A DNA stretch of 64,000 nucleotides, taken from NCBI GenBank assembly GCA_031431875.1, contig JANPEF010000026.1, positions 23,270 to 87,269 on the forward strand, given 5' to 3'. Made by a program: the position numbers and the translations under genes. Below the pieces are notes generated by a model that saw only the letters and a list, made by a program, of their open reading frames with translations, searched no databases and was not told where the DNA came from. Shown one piece after another: positions 1 through 13,054 of the stretch. Positions within the stretch are counted from its first letter, which is position 1; each line of letters starts with the position of its first letter. The stretch is from Candidatus Eiseniibacteriota bacterium (GTDB lineage: Bacteria; Eisenbacteria; RBG-16-71-46; DASYSL01).

Positions 1-16
1 CTCCCGGAGATCGACC

Positions 17-928
17 ATGACGCTTCAACCCATGTCGCGCTGTACCTCCGGTGCCGCTGCGCTGTTTGCGCTCCTCGTCGCATCCGCCCCGGCGCACGCT
101 GCGCTCGACAAGGACACACTCGAGTCGTTCGGCGGGACGTATCTCGCCGACTGCGCGAATCCCAGAGGCCCGCGCGTCGTGCTCGAGGCCGACGCGATCG
201 TGGTGATCGACGGGGCGAAGCGCGTGAGCTCGCCGCACATCGAGGGTGCCGCTGCATGGTACGGAAACGATTCCCCGCCGGAGTACCGCACGACCATCCT
301 GGCTCGCAAGGGCGAGGATCCCGGCCTCGTCTTCGCAATCCATGAAGACTCCGAGGGCTACTACGGGAAGCTCGACAACGATTTCACCGACCTCAAGGGC
401 ATCCGCCCCGAGGTGCTCGCGATGACGTTTCGGCTGTGCAAGGCACCGGCGGCGCCCGCGCCGGCGAGCACGCCCGCTCCGGCGGCAAAGCCCGCGCCCG
501 GCGCGACGGCGACGACCACCAAGGTGACCGCCATCGGCGCTTCGGCTGCCGTCGCCACGCCCGAGCCCGACTCCTCCGGCGGCGCGGCCGCCATGATGAA
601 GGAGAAGAACTTCCGCACCGCATACTCGAAGACGATGGGTCCGCGCATGCGCGAGCGCTGGATCGCGGTCCTCGATGGCCCCGCGCCGCCGAACCGCACG
701 GTGACGCTCGCAGGACAGGAGTTCGTGCAGGTCGCCGCGTGCAAGGCCCACGACTGCGCGGAGAACAACCTGCTCGTCCTGTGGTCGGCGCCGAAGAAGC
801 GGATGTACGGCCTCGTACGTCAGGCCGGCGTGAACGCGCTGCTCGGGGCGCCGCCGACGGACCTCACTCCGGAGGTCACGCGCCTGTGGCAGGAGACATG
901 GCGCCCGGAGGCAAAGCCCACGCCATGA
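17..928 (+). CDS. Exported two-domain protein with C-terminal Ivy (inhibitor of vertebrate lysozyme) domain
   Basis: Signal peptide (AAALFALLVASAPAHA), ~110-aa N-domain, Pro/Ala/Thr linker, C-terminal domain with CKAHDC, matching the Ivy CKPHDC loop, followed by LLVLWS...MYGLV. Confidence 0.8.
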   Translation: MTLQPMSRCTSGAAALFALLVASAPAHAALDKDTLESFGGTYLADCANPRGPRVVLEADAIVVIDGAKRVSSPHIEGAAAWYGNDSPPEYRTTILARKGEDPGLVFAIHEDSEGYYGKLDNDFTDLKGIRPEVLAMTFRLCKAPAAPAPASTPAPAAKPAPGATATTTKVTAIGASAAVATPEPDSSGGAAAMMKEKNFRTAYSKTMGPRMRERWIAVLDGPAPPNRTVTLAGQEFVQVAACKAHDCAENNLLVLWSAPKKRMYGLVRQAGVNALLGAPPTDLTPEVTRLWQETWRPEAKPTP

Positions 929-1905
929 CCCGGTTCACGACCGCGCGCTGTACCGTCCGCTCCATGACCGAGGGCGACCTCCCTGCGCTGTTCGCCGTCT
1001 ACGGCGATCCCGAGACCGTTCGCTACGTCGGTGATCGCGTCCCCCTGTCGCCCGAGCAGTGCGTTCGCTGGCTCGAGGTGACCACGGCGAACTACGCGGC
1101 GCGCGGCTACGGCATGTTCGCGATCGTCGCGCGACCGGAGGACGAGGCGATCGGGTTCTGCGGCATCGTCCATCCGGGTGGACAGCCCACGCCCGAGATC
1201 AAGTATGCGTTTCGCCGGGACACTTGGGGACGGCGTCTGGCCAGCGAAATCGTCCCTGCGCTCCTCGATCACGGCTTCGGCGCGCTCGGCCTCGAGCGGA
1301 TCATCGCCACCGTCCATCCGGAGAACACGCCTTCGGTCCGCGTGCTCGAGTCGTCCGGAATGCGCCTCGAAGGGATCGCGACGCACGAGGACGGTGAACG
1401 CACCGCGACCTACGCGCGCGAGCGCCGACCATCTTCGCCCGCGCACTCGCATGCCCTGCCCGCGCTGGCTCTCGCATGGGCGCTCATGTCGGCCGCGTCC
1501 GGCTGCGGAGGCGACACGACACCGAAGGCCCCGCCGCACGCCGCCACGCCCGCGCCGGTCGCCGCCGCTTTGAAGGACAGCCTCGTGCACGTCGCCACGC
1601 CGGCACCGGGCGACACCGTGAGCAGCCCGCTCGCCCTCCGCGGCGAAGCCCGCGGGACCTGGTTCTTCGAAGCGTCGTTCCCGGTCCGCCTGCTCGACGC
1701 CGACGGCCGCGAGCTCACCGTGACCTATGCGACCGCCGGGGGCGAGTGGATGACCACCGAGTTCGTGCCCTTCAGCTCGACCGTGACGTTCGCCTCGCCC
1801 GCCGCCGGCTCGGCCGGAACGCTCGTCCTCGCGAAGGACAACCCATCCGGTGAACCCGAGTTCGACGACGAGCGCCGCATTCCAATCGTGTTCCGGGGAC
1901 CGTGA
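925..1905 (+). CDS. RimJ/RimL-type GNAT acetyltransferase fused in frame to a lipoprotein-like Gmad2 Ig domain
   Basis: ATG at 925 overlaps upstream stop (ATGA). GNAT motifs (IGFCG, EIKYAF..WGRRLASE, HPENTPSVRVLESSGM), then hydrophobic stretch + SGC lipobox (Cys 1504-1506) and Gmad2-like GEARGTWFFEASFPVRL...GEWMTTEFVPF...KDNPSG. Confidence 0.75.
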   Translation: MTRFTTARCTVRSMTEGDLPALFAVYGDPETVRYVGDRVPLSPEQCVRWLEVTTANYAARGYGMFAIVARPEDEAIGFCGIVHPGGQPTPEIKYAFRRDTWGRRLASEIVPALLDHGFGALGLERIIATVHPENTPSVRVLESSGMRLEGIATHEDGERTATYARERRPSSPAHSHALPALALAWALMSAASGCGGDTTPKAPPHAATPAPVAAALKDSLVHVATPAPGDTVSSPLALRGEARGTWFFEASFPVRLLDADGRELTVTYATAGGEWMTTEFVPFSSTVTFASPAAGSAGTLVLAKDNPSGEPEFDDERRIPIVFRGP

Positions 1906-2408
1906 GCATGGACCTGCTCGATCGCCTGCTCGGCCACGACGCATGGACCACGCGCCGCCTGCTCGAGCACTGTCGCGGCCTCGACGATGAGCAGATGGAC
2001 CGCCAGCACGACCTCGCGCACCGCAGTCTGCGCGCGACCTTCCTGCACATCATCCGCAACATGGAGGTGTGGAGCGACCTGATGGTGGGCGTGCCCGTGC
2101 GCCCGAATCGCAACGCCACGCCCGACGGTCGATCGATCGAGGGACTCCTCGCCCGGCTCGATCGGGCCGCCGCCGACCTGGCGAGCGTCGCGTACGACAT
2201 TCGAGCGCGAAGCGCGTGGGACCACCGCTGGCTCGACGGCCTTGACGATCCGCCGGCCGAGAAGACCTATGGCGGGGCGATCGCCCACGTGATCACCCAC
2301 TCGATGCACCACCGCGCCCAGGTGATCCAGCTGCTGCGGCTGGTCGGGGCGCCCGCGCCGATCGAGGGCGATGTCCTGAGCTGGGAAGCTCGCAACCCCC
2401 GCGGCTGA
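1902..2408 (+). CDS. DinB/YfiT family protein
   Basis: HDAWTT, SLRATFLHII and HVITHSMHHRAQ metal-binding His pattern; GTGA overlap with upstream stop. Confidence 0.85.
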   Translation: MSMDLLDRLLGHDAWTTRRLLEHCRGLDDEQMDRQHDLAHRSLRATFLHIIRNMEVWSDLMVGVPVRPNRNATPDGRSIEGLLARLDRAAADLASVAYDIRARSAWDHRWLDGLDDPPAEKTYGGAIAHVITHSMHHRAQVIQLLRLVGAPAPIEGDVLSWEARNPRG

Positions 2409-2420
2409 CGCCGTGGGGGC

Positions 2421-2830
2421 TCAGCCCCGCGCGTCGCGCTTCTTCTCCTCGAGTTCCTGGAGCGTGCGCGGCCAGTCGCCGCGCAGAAACCGCGACAACG
2501 AGCGATCGGCCGGCGGGTGGCCCACCATCTGGCAGGTCGCACAGCAGTTCGTCTCGTTGTGCGCGTCGACGCTGCGCTGCACCAGCGATCCTGAGGAAGA
2601 GCCGAACGACGCCGCATCGATCTTCCCCGTTTTGGCCGGAACCGCACCGGCGGGAGTCCAGCGCAGCCGCCCCACGATCATCAGCTGGAACACGAAATGG
2701 AGGCCGTTTTCGAACGTGAAGACGATTCGCTTGCCCAGGCGCTCGACGGAGACGATCCTCTTTCCCAAGACATCGACCGGCGCAGGCGCGACCGTCCGCA
2801 ACAGGTCTGGCTGCAGCACACGATTCGCGC
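2421..2830 (-). pseudogene. Fpg/Nei DNA glycosylase remnant with large internal deletion
   Basis: LLRTVAP..RLGKRIVF...FQLMIVGRLRW (N-domain) joined directly to VQR..NETNCCATCQ...ADRSLSRFLRGDWPRTLQELE (C-terminal zinc finger/tail); no MPELP start, no H2TH domain. 5' boundary approximate. Confidence 0.75.
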
Positions 2831-2945
2831 TCCGCGCGGCGACCACCAGCGTCGTGTCAAATTCATGGCAACCCCCTGCAGCCGAGCGCCGTAGGACCCC
2901 TTGCCCGGTCCCCTTTCCGCTGTCCGTGTTCCCCGGAGGTGCCCC

Positions 2946-4034
2946 ATGGATCTCGCTCCCGCTCCCCGCCGCCGCCGCTGGGTGTGGCCCGTCGTCGGCG
3001 TCGTGGTGCTTGCCGCCACTGCCGCGGGCCTGCTCATCGCCCGCAACGGCCAGGCGAACGGCGACAAGAAGAAGGACAAGAAGGACACGGTCGCGGCCGC
3101 ACCCGTGGAACTGTCGACGGTGGGCAAGGGATCGATCTCCACGTTCCTCGAGACGACCACCGTGCTCGAGCCCGAGAACACCGCGACGCTCGTCGCCCGC
3201 CGCCAGGGGCAGGTCGTCGCGCTGCTCGCGGAGGAGGGCCGGAGCGTCGCGAAGGGTCAGGTGCTCGCCCGCCTCGAGGACACCGAGGCGCGCATCGCAC
3301 TGGAGCGCTCGAAAGTCGCGCTCGAGCAGGCGCAGAGCGAGGCCACGCGCGGCCAGGCCCTGCAGGAGCGCGGCGTGCAAGCCCAGGCGACGCTTGACGG
3401 CCTGATCTTCAAGCTGCGCACCGCGAAGGAAAACGTCGCCCAGGCCGAGTACGACCTGAGGCAGACGCGCATCGTCGCCCCGTTTGCGGGCAAGGTGACG
3501 GCCCGCATGATCCAGCTCGGCGAGACGGTGACACCGGGCAAGGAGTGCTTCCGGGTCGACGACTTCTCGCCGCTGCTCGCCCGCGTCTATTTTCCCGAGC
3601 GCGAGCAGAACCGCGTGCACGTCGGCCAGGGCGCGGTGCTCGAACTCGACGCCCAGCCCGGCCGGTCGTTCTCCGCAAAGGTGACGATCGTCAACCCGAC
3701 CGTCGACCGCAGCAATGGCACGTTCAAGGTCACGCTCGAAGTGACCGACCCCGACGCCGTCCTGCGCCCGGGCAGCTTTGCGCGCGTGCGCCTCGAGTCC
3801 GCATCGTACGCCGACGTCGTCGTGCTGCCGCGCAAGGCTGTCGTCACGGAGGACGGCGACTCGTACGTGTTCGTCGCTCAGGGCGATTCGGTCAATCGAG
3901 TCGCGGTGCAGATCGGCGCGATCGCCGGCGACACCGCGCAGATCCTCGCCGGACTGTTGCCCGGCACGAAGGTGGTGACGGTCGGCCAGGGCGGGCTCAA
4001 GCAGGGCGCCCGCATCAAGCCGGTCGCATTCTAG
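2946..4034 (+). CDS. RND efflux periplasmic adaptor (MFP) subunit
   Basis: GGAGG RBS before ATG 2946; N-terminal TM; EEG..V.KGQVLARL lipoyl half-motif, helical hairpin, IVAPFAG, LRPGSF. Confidence 0.93.
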   Translation: MDLAPAPRRRRWVWPVVGVVVLAATAAGLLIARNGQANGDKKKDKKDTVAAAPVELSTVGKGSISTFLETTTVLEPENTATLVARRQGQVVALLAEEGRSVAKGQVLARLEDTEARIALERSKVALEQAQSEATRGQALQERGVQAQATLDGLIFKLRTAKENVAQAEYDLRQTRIVAPFAGKVTARMIQLGETVTPGKECFRVDDFSPLLARVYFPEREQNRVHVGQGAVLELDAQPGRSFSAKVTIVNPTVDRSNGTFKVTLEVTDPDAVLRPGSFARVRLESASYADVVVLPRKAVVTEDGDSYVFVAQGDSVNRVAVQIGAIAGDTAQILAGLLPGTKVVTVGQGGLKQGARIKPVAF

Positions 4035-4050
4035 GCGCGACGGGGACCCC

Positions 4051-7000
4051 ATGCGCCTGATCGACGGATCCCTCAAGCGGCCCGTGACGGTCTCGATGGC
4101 GACCGTCGCCGCGGTGATGTTCGGCCTCGTCGCGCTGACGCGCCTCGGCGTCGAACTGCTGCCCAACATCTCGTATCCCTCCCTCACGGTTCGCACCGAC
4201 CTGCCCGACGCCGCCCCAGGAGACGTCGAGCAGTTCGTCACGCGCCCGGTCGAGGAAGGCGTCGGTGTCGTGCCCGGGCTGGTGCGCATGCACTCGGTGT
4301 CGCGGCCTGGCCAGTCGGAGGTCACGCTCGAGTTCGCTTCGAACACGCGCATGGATCTCGCCGCGCTGTCCGTCCGCGAGAAGCTCGACCTGGTCACCTT
4401 GCCGCGCGAGGCGAAGCGCTCGGCGATCCTCCGCTTCGATCCGTCGCTCGACCCCATCGTCCGCGTCCGCCTGTCGGGCAGCGACAACCTGCAGCGGCTG
4501 CGCCGCATCGCTGATCGCACCGTGAAGAGCGACCTCGAGGGCGTGCCCGGCGTCGCTGCGGTTCGCGTCGCCGGCGGCGAGGAAGAGGAGATCCAGGTCG
4601 AGATCGACGCCGGCCGCCTGTCGGCCGTGGGCCTGACGCTGACCGACGTCACGCGCCGGCTCTCCGAGGAGAACGTGAACGTCGCCGGCGGCTCGCTCAC
4701 CGAGGGCCAGGCCGAGTACCTGGTGCGCGCCACGAACCAGTTCCTCTCCCCCGAGGAGATCGGCGGCGTGATTCTCTCGTCGCGCCCGGACGGCGTGATC
4801 CGCATCTCGGACGTGGGGCGCGTGTTCCGCGGCCCGAAGGATCGCGACGTGATCGCCCGCGTCGGCGCCACCGAGGCAGTCGAGATCGCGATCTACAAGG
4901 AGGGCGACGCGAACACCGTCGCCGTCGCCAGGACCGTCAAGCAGAAGCTGGCCGACATCGCACTGCCCGCGGACATGAAGCTCACGACGGTCGCCGACCA
5001 GTCGCGCTTCATCCAGGGCGCCATCGATGACGTGACCAGCGCCGCGCTGGTCGGCGGCCTGCTCGCCGTCTTCGTGCTCTTCGCCTTCCTGCGCGACGTG
5101 CGTTCGACGATCACCATCGCGATCTCGATCCCCATCTCGGTGCTGGTCACCTTCATCATCATGTACCGCTTCAATTTGTCGCTGAACCTCATGTCGCTCG
5201 GCGGCCTGGCACTCGGCATCGGCACCCTGATCGACAACTCGATCGTCGTGCTGGAGACGATCTTCCGCCGACGCGAAGCGGGGGACTCCCCGTTCGAGGC
5301 GGCCTCGCGGGGCGCCGGCTCGGTCGCCATGGCCGTCACGGCTTCGACCCTGACGACGGTTGCCGTGTTCTTCCCGCTCGTGTTCGTCGAGGGCCTTGCC
5401 GGGCAGCTGATCCGCGACCAGGCGCTGACGATCTCGCTGTCGAACATCGCTGCGCTCATCGTCGCGCTCACCATCGTGCCGATGCTGACCGTGCTCGGCG
5501 CTCACGCCGCGGCGCCGGTCGCCCCCGAGGTCCCGGGCGGCTCGCCGCGCAGCCGGTGCTGGGGCGGTCGCCTCGCCCGCGCCGCGGTCCTCCTGCCGCG
5601 ACTCGTGACGCGCGGCGCCGCGGCGCTCGGGCGCTTCCTCATGCCGTGGATCGATCGCCTGCTCAGGCCGTTCGACCGCTCGATCGCGGCGCTGTCGAAC
5701 AACTACCCGGCCATCGCCCGCTGGGCGCTCAAGCACCCCGGGATGGTGCTGACCTGGTCGGCCGTGGTCTTTGCGGCCTCCATCGGTACGGCGATGCTGC
5801 TGCCGGTCGACCTGTTCCCGTCACCGCCGCAGGGCGAGTTCACGCTCGACGTGCGGTTGCCGGAGGGCTCCGCGCTGCATGTCACCGATGGCGTCCTCGC
5901 GGCACTCGCCAGGACGGCCGAGGGCGATCCCCGCGTGAAGTTCGCCTACACCAGCGCCGGCCAGCGCGACCTGACCGCGTTCTCCGGCTCCGCGCTCGAA
6001 GCCAACCGCGGCCAGGTCACCGTCGTGCTCAAGGACCCCAACGACTCGCGCGCCGAAGAGGCGATCTCGGCCCGACTGCGCACGTCGCTCGAGGGGATGC
6101 CCGGCGTCGCCTACACGGTCGAGCGTCCGGCGCTGCTCAAGTTCAAGAGCCCGGTCGAGGTCGAGGTCTACGCCTACGACCTCGACACGTTGCGCACGCT
6201 CACCGACCAGGTCGCGCTCGCGATCAGCGACGTCCGCGGGCTGGTCGACGTCGAGGGTTCGCTGCGCCCCGGCGACCCCGAGGTGCAGATCGCGTTCGAT
6301 CGGGACCGGCTGGCCGCGATGAACCTCGACCCGGCGTCGGCCTCGCGCCTGGTGCGCAACGCCGTGCAGGGCGAGGCGGCGACGCAGTTCAGCGACCTCG
6401 ACCGCAAGCTCGACATCCGCGTCCGCGCCACCGAGGCCGAGCGCTCGCGCGTCGTGCAGCTGGCCGACCTCGAGGTGGGCCGCAACGACGGCTCGACGGT
6501 GCGCCTGGGTTCGGTTGCCGACGTGAGAGTCGAGCGGGGTCCCAGCGAGATCCGCCGCATTGGCCAGCAGCGCGCTGCCATCGTCTCGGCGAACCTGCAG
6601 AATCGCGACCTGGGCTCGGCCTCGCGCGACATCGAGGCACGACTCTCGGCCATGAAGCTGCCGTCGGGCACGCGGGCGACGCTTGCCGGCCAGCGCCTGG
6701 AGATGGCCGAGTCGATGGGCTCGCTGCAGTTCGCCCTGATCCTCGCCGTGTTCCTCGTCTACCTGGTGATGGCCAGCCAATTCGAGTCGCTCAAGCACCC
6801 GTTCGTGATCATGTTCTCGATCCCGCTCGCGGTCGTGGGCGTGATTCTGTCCCTGGTGACCACGGGCACGTCGATCAGCATCATGGTGCTGATCGGGCTG
6901 GTGATCCTTGCCGGAATCGTGGTCAACAACGCGATCGTTCTGGTCGACTGCGTGAACCAGCTGCGGCGCGAAGGCATGCCGCGGCTCGAGGCGCTGGTCG

Positions 7001-7220
7001 AGGCTGGCAGCGTGCGCATGCGCCCGATCCTCATGACCACGCTGTCGTCGGTGCTCGGACTGGTTCCGCTCGCGATCGGCATCGGCGAAGGCGCCGAGGT
7101 GCGCACCCCGCTGGCCATCACGCTGATCGGCGGGCTCGTCGTCTCGACGGTGCTCACGCTGGTCGTCATCCCCGTCGTCTACGCCGTCGTCGATCGCGGC
7201 GAGAAGCTCGCGCCGACGTC

Positions 7221-7224
<4 letters not shown>
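4051..7224 (+). CDS. RND efflux permease (AcrB/AcrD/AcrF family), subunit 1
   Basis: 1057 aa; KRPV start, LNLMSLGGLALGIGTLIDNSIVVLE, MASQFES, RMRPILMTT. Confidence 0.95.
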
Positions 7225-10327
<3,103 letters not shown>

Positions 10328-10331
<4 letters not shown>

Positions 10332-11026
10332 GGCTGGCCCTGCCCGCCCCAGTACCAGCGCGGCCCGAACGACACGGCCAGCCCGTCGAAGTCGGCGTCG
10401 AAGCGGATCAAACCCGACGGATCATCGCTCACGATGATGTCGTCCGCCCCCGCCTGCCGCGTCAGGCCGCGCACGAAGAAACCGAAGTTCTCGCCGAAGC
10501 GCGCCTCCCCCTCTGCGCCGACATGCCAGCCGAAGCCGGTCTTCTTGCCCTCGGCGACGGTCCCGTCCGGAAACGTCTGCGACAGCCGGATGCCGAACAC
10601 CGGGCCGCCGCCGGCGAATAACGTCAGCCCCGCGGGCCCGACCTGCACCGGATGCACGAACGCGTCGACGAACAGCATCGTCCCGGCCAGCCCGAACTCC
10701 GATCCCACACCGCCCGGATCCGTGCTGGTGCGGCCGTCGAGCCGGGCCAGCTCCGCGCCGAGCGAGACGGCATGACGGATCCTGCGACGGTACTGGATGC
10801 CATACTCGAATCCGTTCTCGATCGGGTCGACGCCGATCCCGATGAGCGCATCGTTGAAGTCCGTGTTGTCGTACCAGCCCACGCCGAACAGCATGCCGAC
10901 CGACGACTCCCCGCGGCGGCCGTAGACCGGCGCGTAGGGGTCGACCGCGGCGGCCGGGGTCGCCGCCGACGCGGTGCCGGGAACGCACGGCAGCGCCGCG
11001 AGCAGGGCCAGGGCGACCCGGGCCAC
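10328..11026 (-). CDS. Outer-membrane beta-barrel protein (8-strand OmpA/OmpW-like)
   Basis: Signal peptide (VARVALALLAALPCVPGTASA), amphipathic strands (FEYGIQYR, FGWHVGAEGE), ends SFGPRWYW; start (GTG 11026) uncertain. Confidence 0.65.
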
Positions 11027-11188
11027 GATGCCCGGGCGAGAGAGTCGAGAGCACGGTTCGACGGTGCGCGGCAAGGAGCCCTCCCGGGGTCGAGCGATGC
11101 AGTCACGATGGAGCGGATCGCGGGCGGAGCGGGCTCGCGCACCGGCTTGTGAGATTTCCGGGCGCTGCGCGCGCACGGGCATCGATCC

Positions 11189-11216
11189 AGCGTAGCCGAC
11201 CCGGGGCGCATGTCAA
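11189..11216 (-). promoter_or_regulatory. sigma70-type promoter for the OMP gene
   Basis: TTGACA-N16-TACGCT on minus strand. Confidence 0.5.
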
Positions 11217-11595
11217 CGTGCGAGCGGGCCCGGCGGACCCCGGACCTCCCCGGAGGCTCGCCCTCGAATCGACGATCTGCCAACAGTTTGCGATCCTGCA
11301 CCCCGCGCGGCTCGGCACCGCTTCGAACCACGCGCTCCACGCCAGAAATCATCGAATTTCAACGTGTCCATTACACCGCAAATCGGCGGCACAAGGCCCG
11401 GGGCGCAGGTGGTCCCCCAATCGGTCCTGGCTGCCATGCGACGAACTCCTCGCCGCACGCTGCTGATGGACCGTATCCTGGCCTTGCCCGGCGCGGCCTC
11501 CGTCGCCCACCCGCCGGGCCGACCGGCGCGCGCCCGCGCGCCGTGCGGGCCATCGCGATCGGGTCGAAATAAATGCAGGAACGGCGCACTTTTCC

Positions 11596-11624
11596 TTGCG
11601 CACCTCGGGAGCCGCGCCCAAGAT
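11596..11624 (+). promoter_or_regulatory. possible sigma70-type promoter of hup
   Basis: TTGCGC-N17-CAAGAT preceded by AT-rich GAAATAAAT. Confidence 0.3.
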
Positions 11625-11776
11625 GCGCTCGTCCGGAATGACGGATCAACCGATCGGCGGCCCGCAGGTCGCATCGGTTCACACAGGACGTGTCCCCTTT
11701 CGGCAACACGGCGGACCGGACCCGCCCCCGCAAGGTGGACGTCATGGGGCCCCCTGGCCCTCAAGGGAGAATCTGA

Positions 11777-12076
11777 ATGGCCGCAAAGTCGACTGCCCGA
11801 CCGATGTCGAAGGCGCAGATCTGCACGCACATCGCGACCAAGTTCGAGATGACGAAGAAGAACAGCGCGGCGATCCTCGAAGAGATCGCGAAGCTCGCGT
11901 ATCGCGAGGCCAAGAAGGGCTTCACCCTCCCGGGCATCGGCAAGCTCGTGATCGTGAAGCGCAAGGAGCGCATGGGCCGCAACCCGCAGACGGGCGAGCC
12001 CATCAAGATCCCGGCCCGCACCGTGCTCAAGTTCCGCATCGCGAAGGCCGCCAAGGTCGCCGTCGGCACGAAGTAG
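11777..12076 (+). CDS. hup: HU family DNA-binding protein
   Basis: [48 protein letters not shown]. Confidence 0.95.
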   Translation: MAAKSTARPMSKAQICTHIATKFEMTKKNSAAILEEIAKLAYREAKKGFTLPGIGKLVIVKRKERMGRNPQTGEPIKIPARTVLKFRIAKAAKVAVGTK

Positions 12077-12105
12077 TCGCCGCCACGACGATTCGGTCGT
12101 ATGCG

Positions 12106-12134
12106 AAGGCCCGCTCTTTCGAGAGCGGGCCTTT
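12106..12134 (+). terminator. Intrinsic terminator-like hairpin after hup
   Basis: AAGGCCCGCTCT-TTCG-AGAGCGGGCCTT stem-loop with short T run. Confidence 0.7.
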
Positions 12135-12151
12135 CGTGTACCCTGTCGCCC

Positions 12152-13054
12152 ATGTCGCCCCGCCGCGCCTACGCGCTGTTCGCTCTGGTCTGCCTGCTGT
12201 TCAGCACCACCTGGCTCGCCATCCGGATCGGGGCGCACGACCTGCCCCCGATCGGCGCAGCGGGCCTGCGCTTTCTCATCGCGTTCCCGATCCTGCTCGC
12301 GATTGTCCGCTGGAGGCGACTGCCATGGCCGCGCACGCCCGCGGAGTGGGCGCTGCCGGTCCAGCTGGGATTCACCATGTTCGCGATCCCGTTTGCCCTC
12401 ATCTATTACGCTGAACAGACCGTGCCGTCGGGGCTCTCCGCGGTCCTCTTCGCCGCGCAGGCGATCTTCGTCGCGTTGCTCGCCCACTTCGTCCTGCACG
12501 ACGAGCCGCTCACCGCCGGGCGCGTGCTCGGCATCGGGATCGGCCTCGTGGGCCTCGTCCTGGTGTTCCAGGATCGACTGCGCGGTGAGCGCTCGTGGCT
12601 GGGAGAGTCGGCGCTGATCCTCACGGCGGCGATCCAGTCCACTTCGTCGATCGCGATCCGCCGCGCGCAGGGGCGCGTGCACGCAGTCGTCATGTCGTGC
12701 ATCGGCGCGGGCATCGCCGCAGCCGTCCTGCTTGCCGCCTCGGCCGCGCTCGGCGAACCGCTGTTCGCACGCATGACACCGACCGCCGCGGCGACGATCG
12801 TCTACCTCGCGGTGTTCGGCTCGGTGATTGCATTCACGCTCATGATCCGGGGCATCGAGGTGCTGGGAGCCAACCGCATGACGATGATCGTCTACATCGC
12901 GCCGGTCGCCGCGCTTCTGTGGGGCCACCTGGTGCTCGGCGAGGCGCTGAGTCGCAGCCTCTGGCTCGGCGTCGCCTGCATCGTGAGCGGAGTGTGGCTG
13001 TCGAGCCGGGCGCCCGCGCCGTCCGTCGCGTCGCCCGCGAGCGGAGGGAGCTGA
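12152..13054 (+). CDS. EamA/DMT family transporter
   Basis: ~10 TM segments; LFSTTWLAIRIG..LPP..AAGLRF, AEQTVPSGLSAVL, LGE motifs. Confidence 0.9.
   Translation: MSPRRAYALFALVCLLFSTTWLAIRIGAHDLPPIGAAGLRFLIAFPILLAIVRWRRLPWPRTPAEWALPVQLGFTMFAIPFALIYYAEQTVPSGLSAVLFAAQAIFVALLAHFVLHDEPLTAGRVLGIGIGLVGLVLVFQDRLRGERSWLGESALILTAAIQSTSSIAIRRAQGRVHAVVMSCIGAGIAAAVLLAASAALGEPLFARMTPTAAATIVYLAVFGSVIAFTLMIRGIEVLGANRMTMIVYIAPVAALLWGHLVLGEALSRSLWLGVACIVSGVWLSSRAPAPSVASPASGGS

Noticed and set aside
2866..2880. TGGCAACCCCCTGCA as a sigma54 promoter for the RND operon
   Set aside because: GG-to-GC spacing is 9 nt, not the required 10
2831..4871. Upstream part of the 816-aa minus ORF containing the Fpg remnant
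   Set aside because: Antisense to MFP/RND genes; only the last ~135 codons resemble Fpg/Nei
5556..7220. Apparent 555-aa N-terminal extension of the second RND permease
   Set aside because: Overlaps RND1 in another frame and is low-complexity; the true start is the ATGA-coupled ATG at 7221
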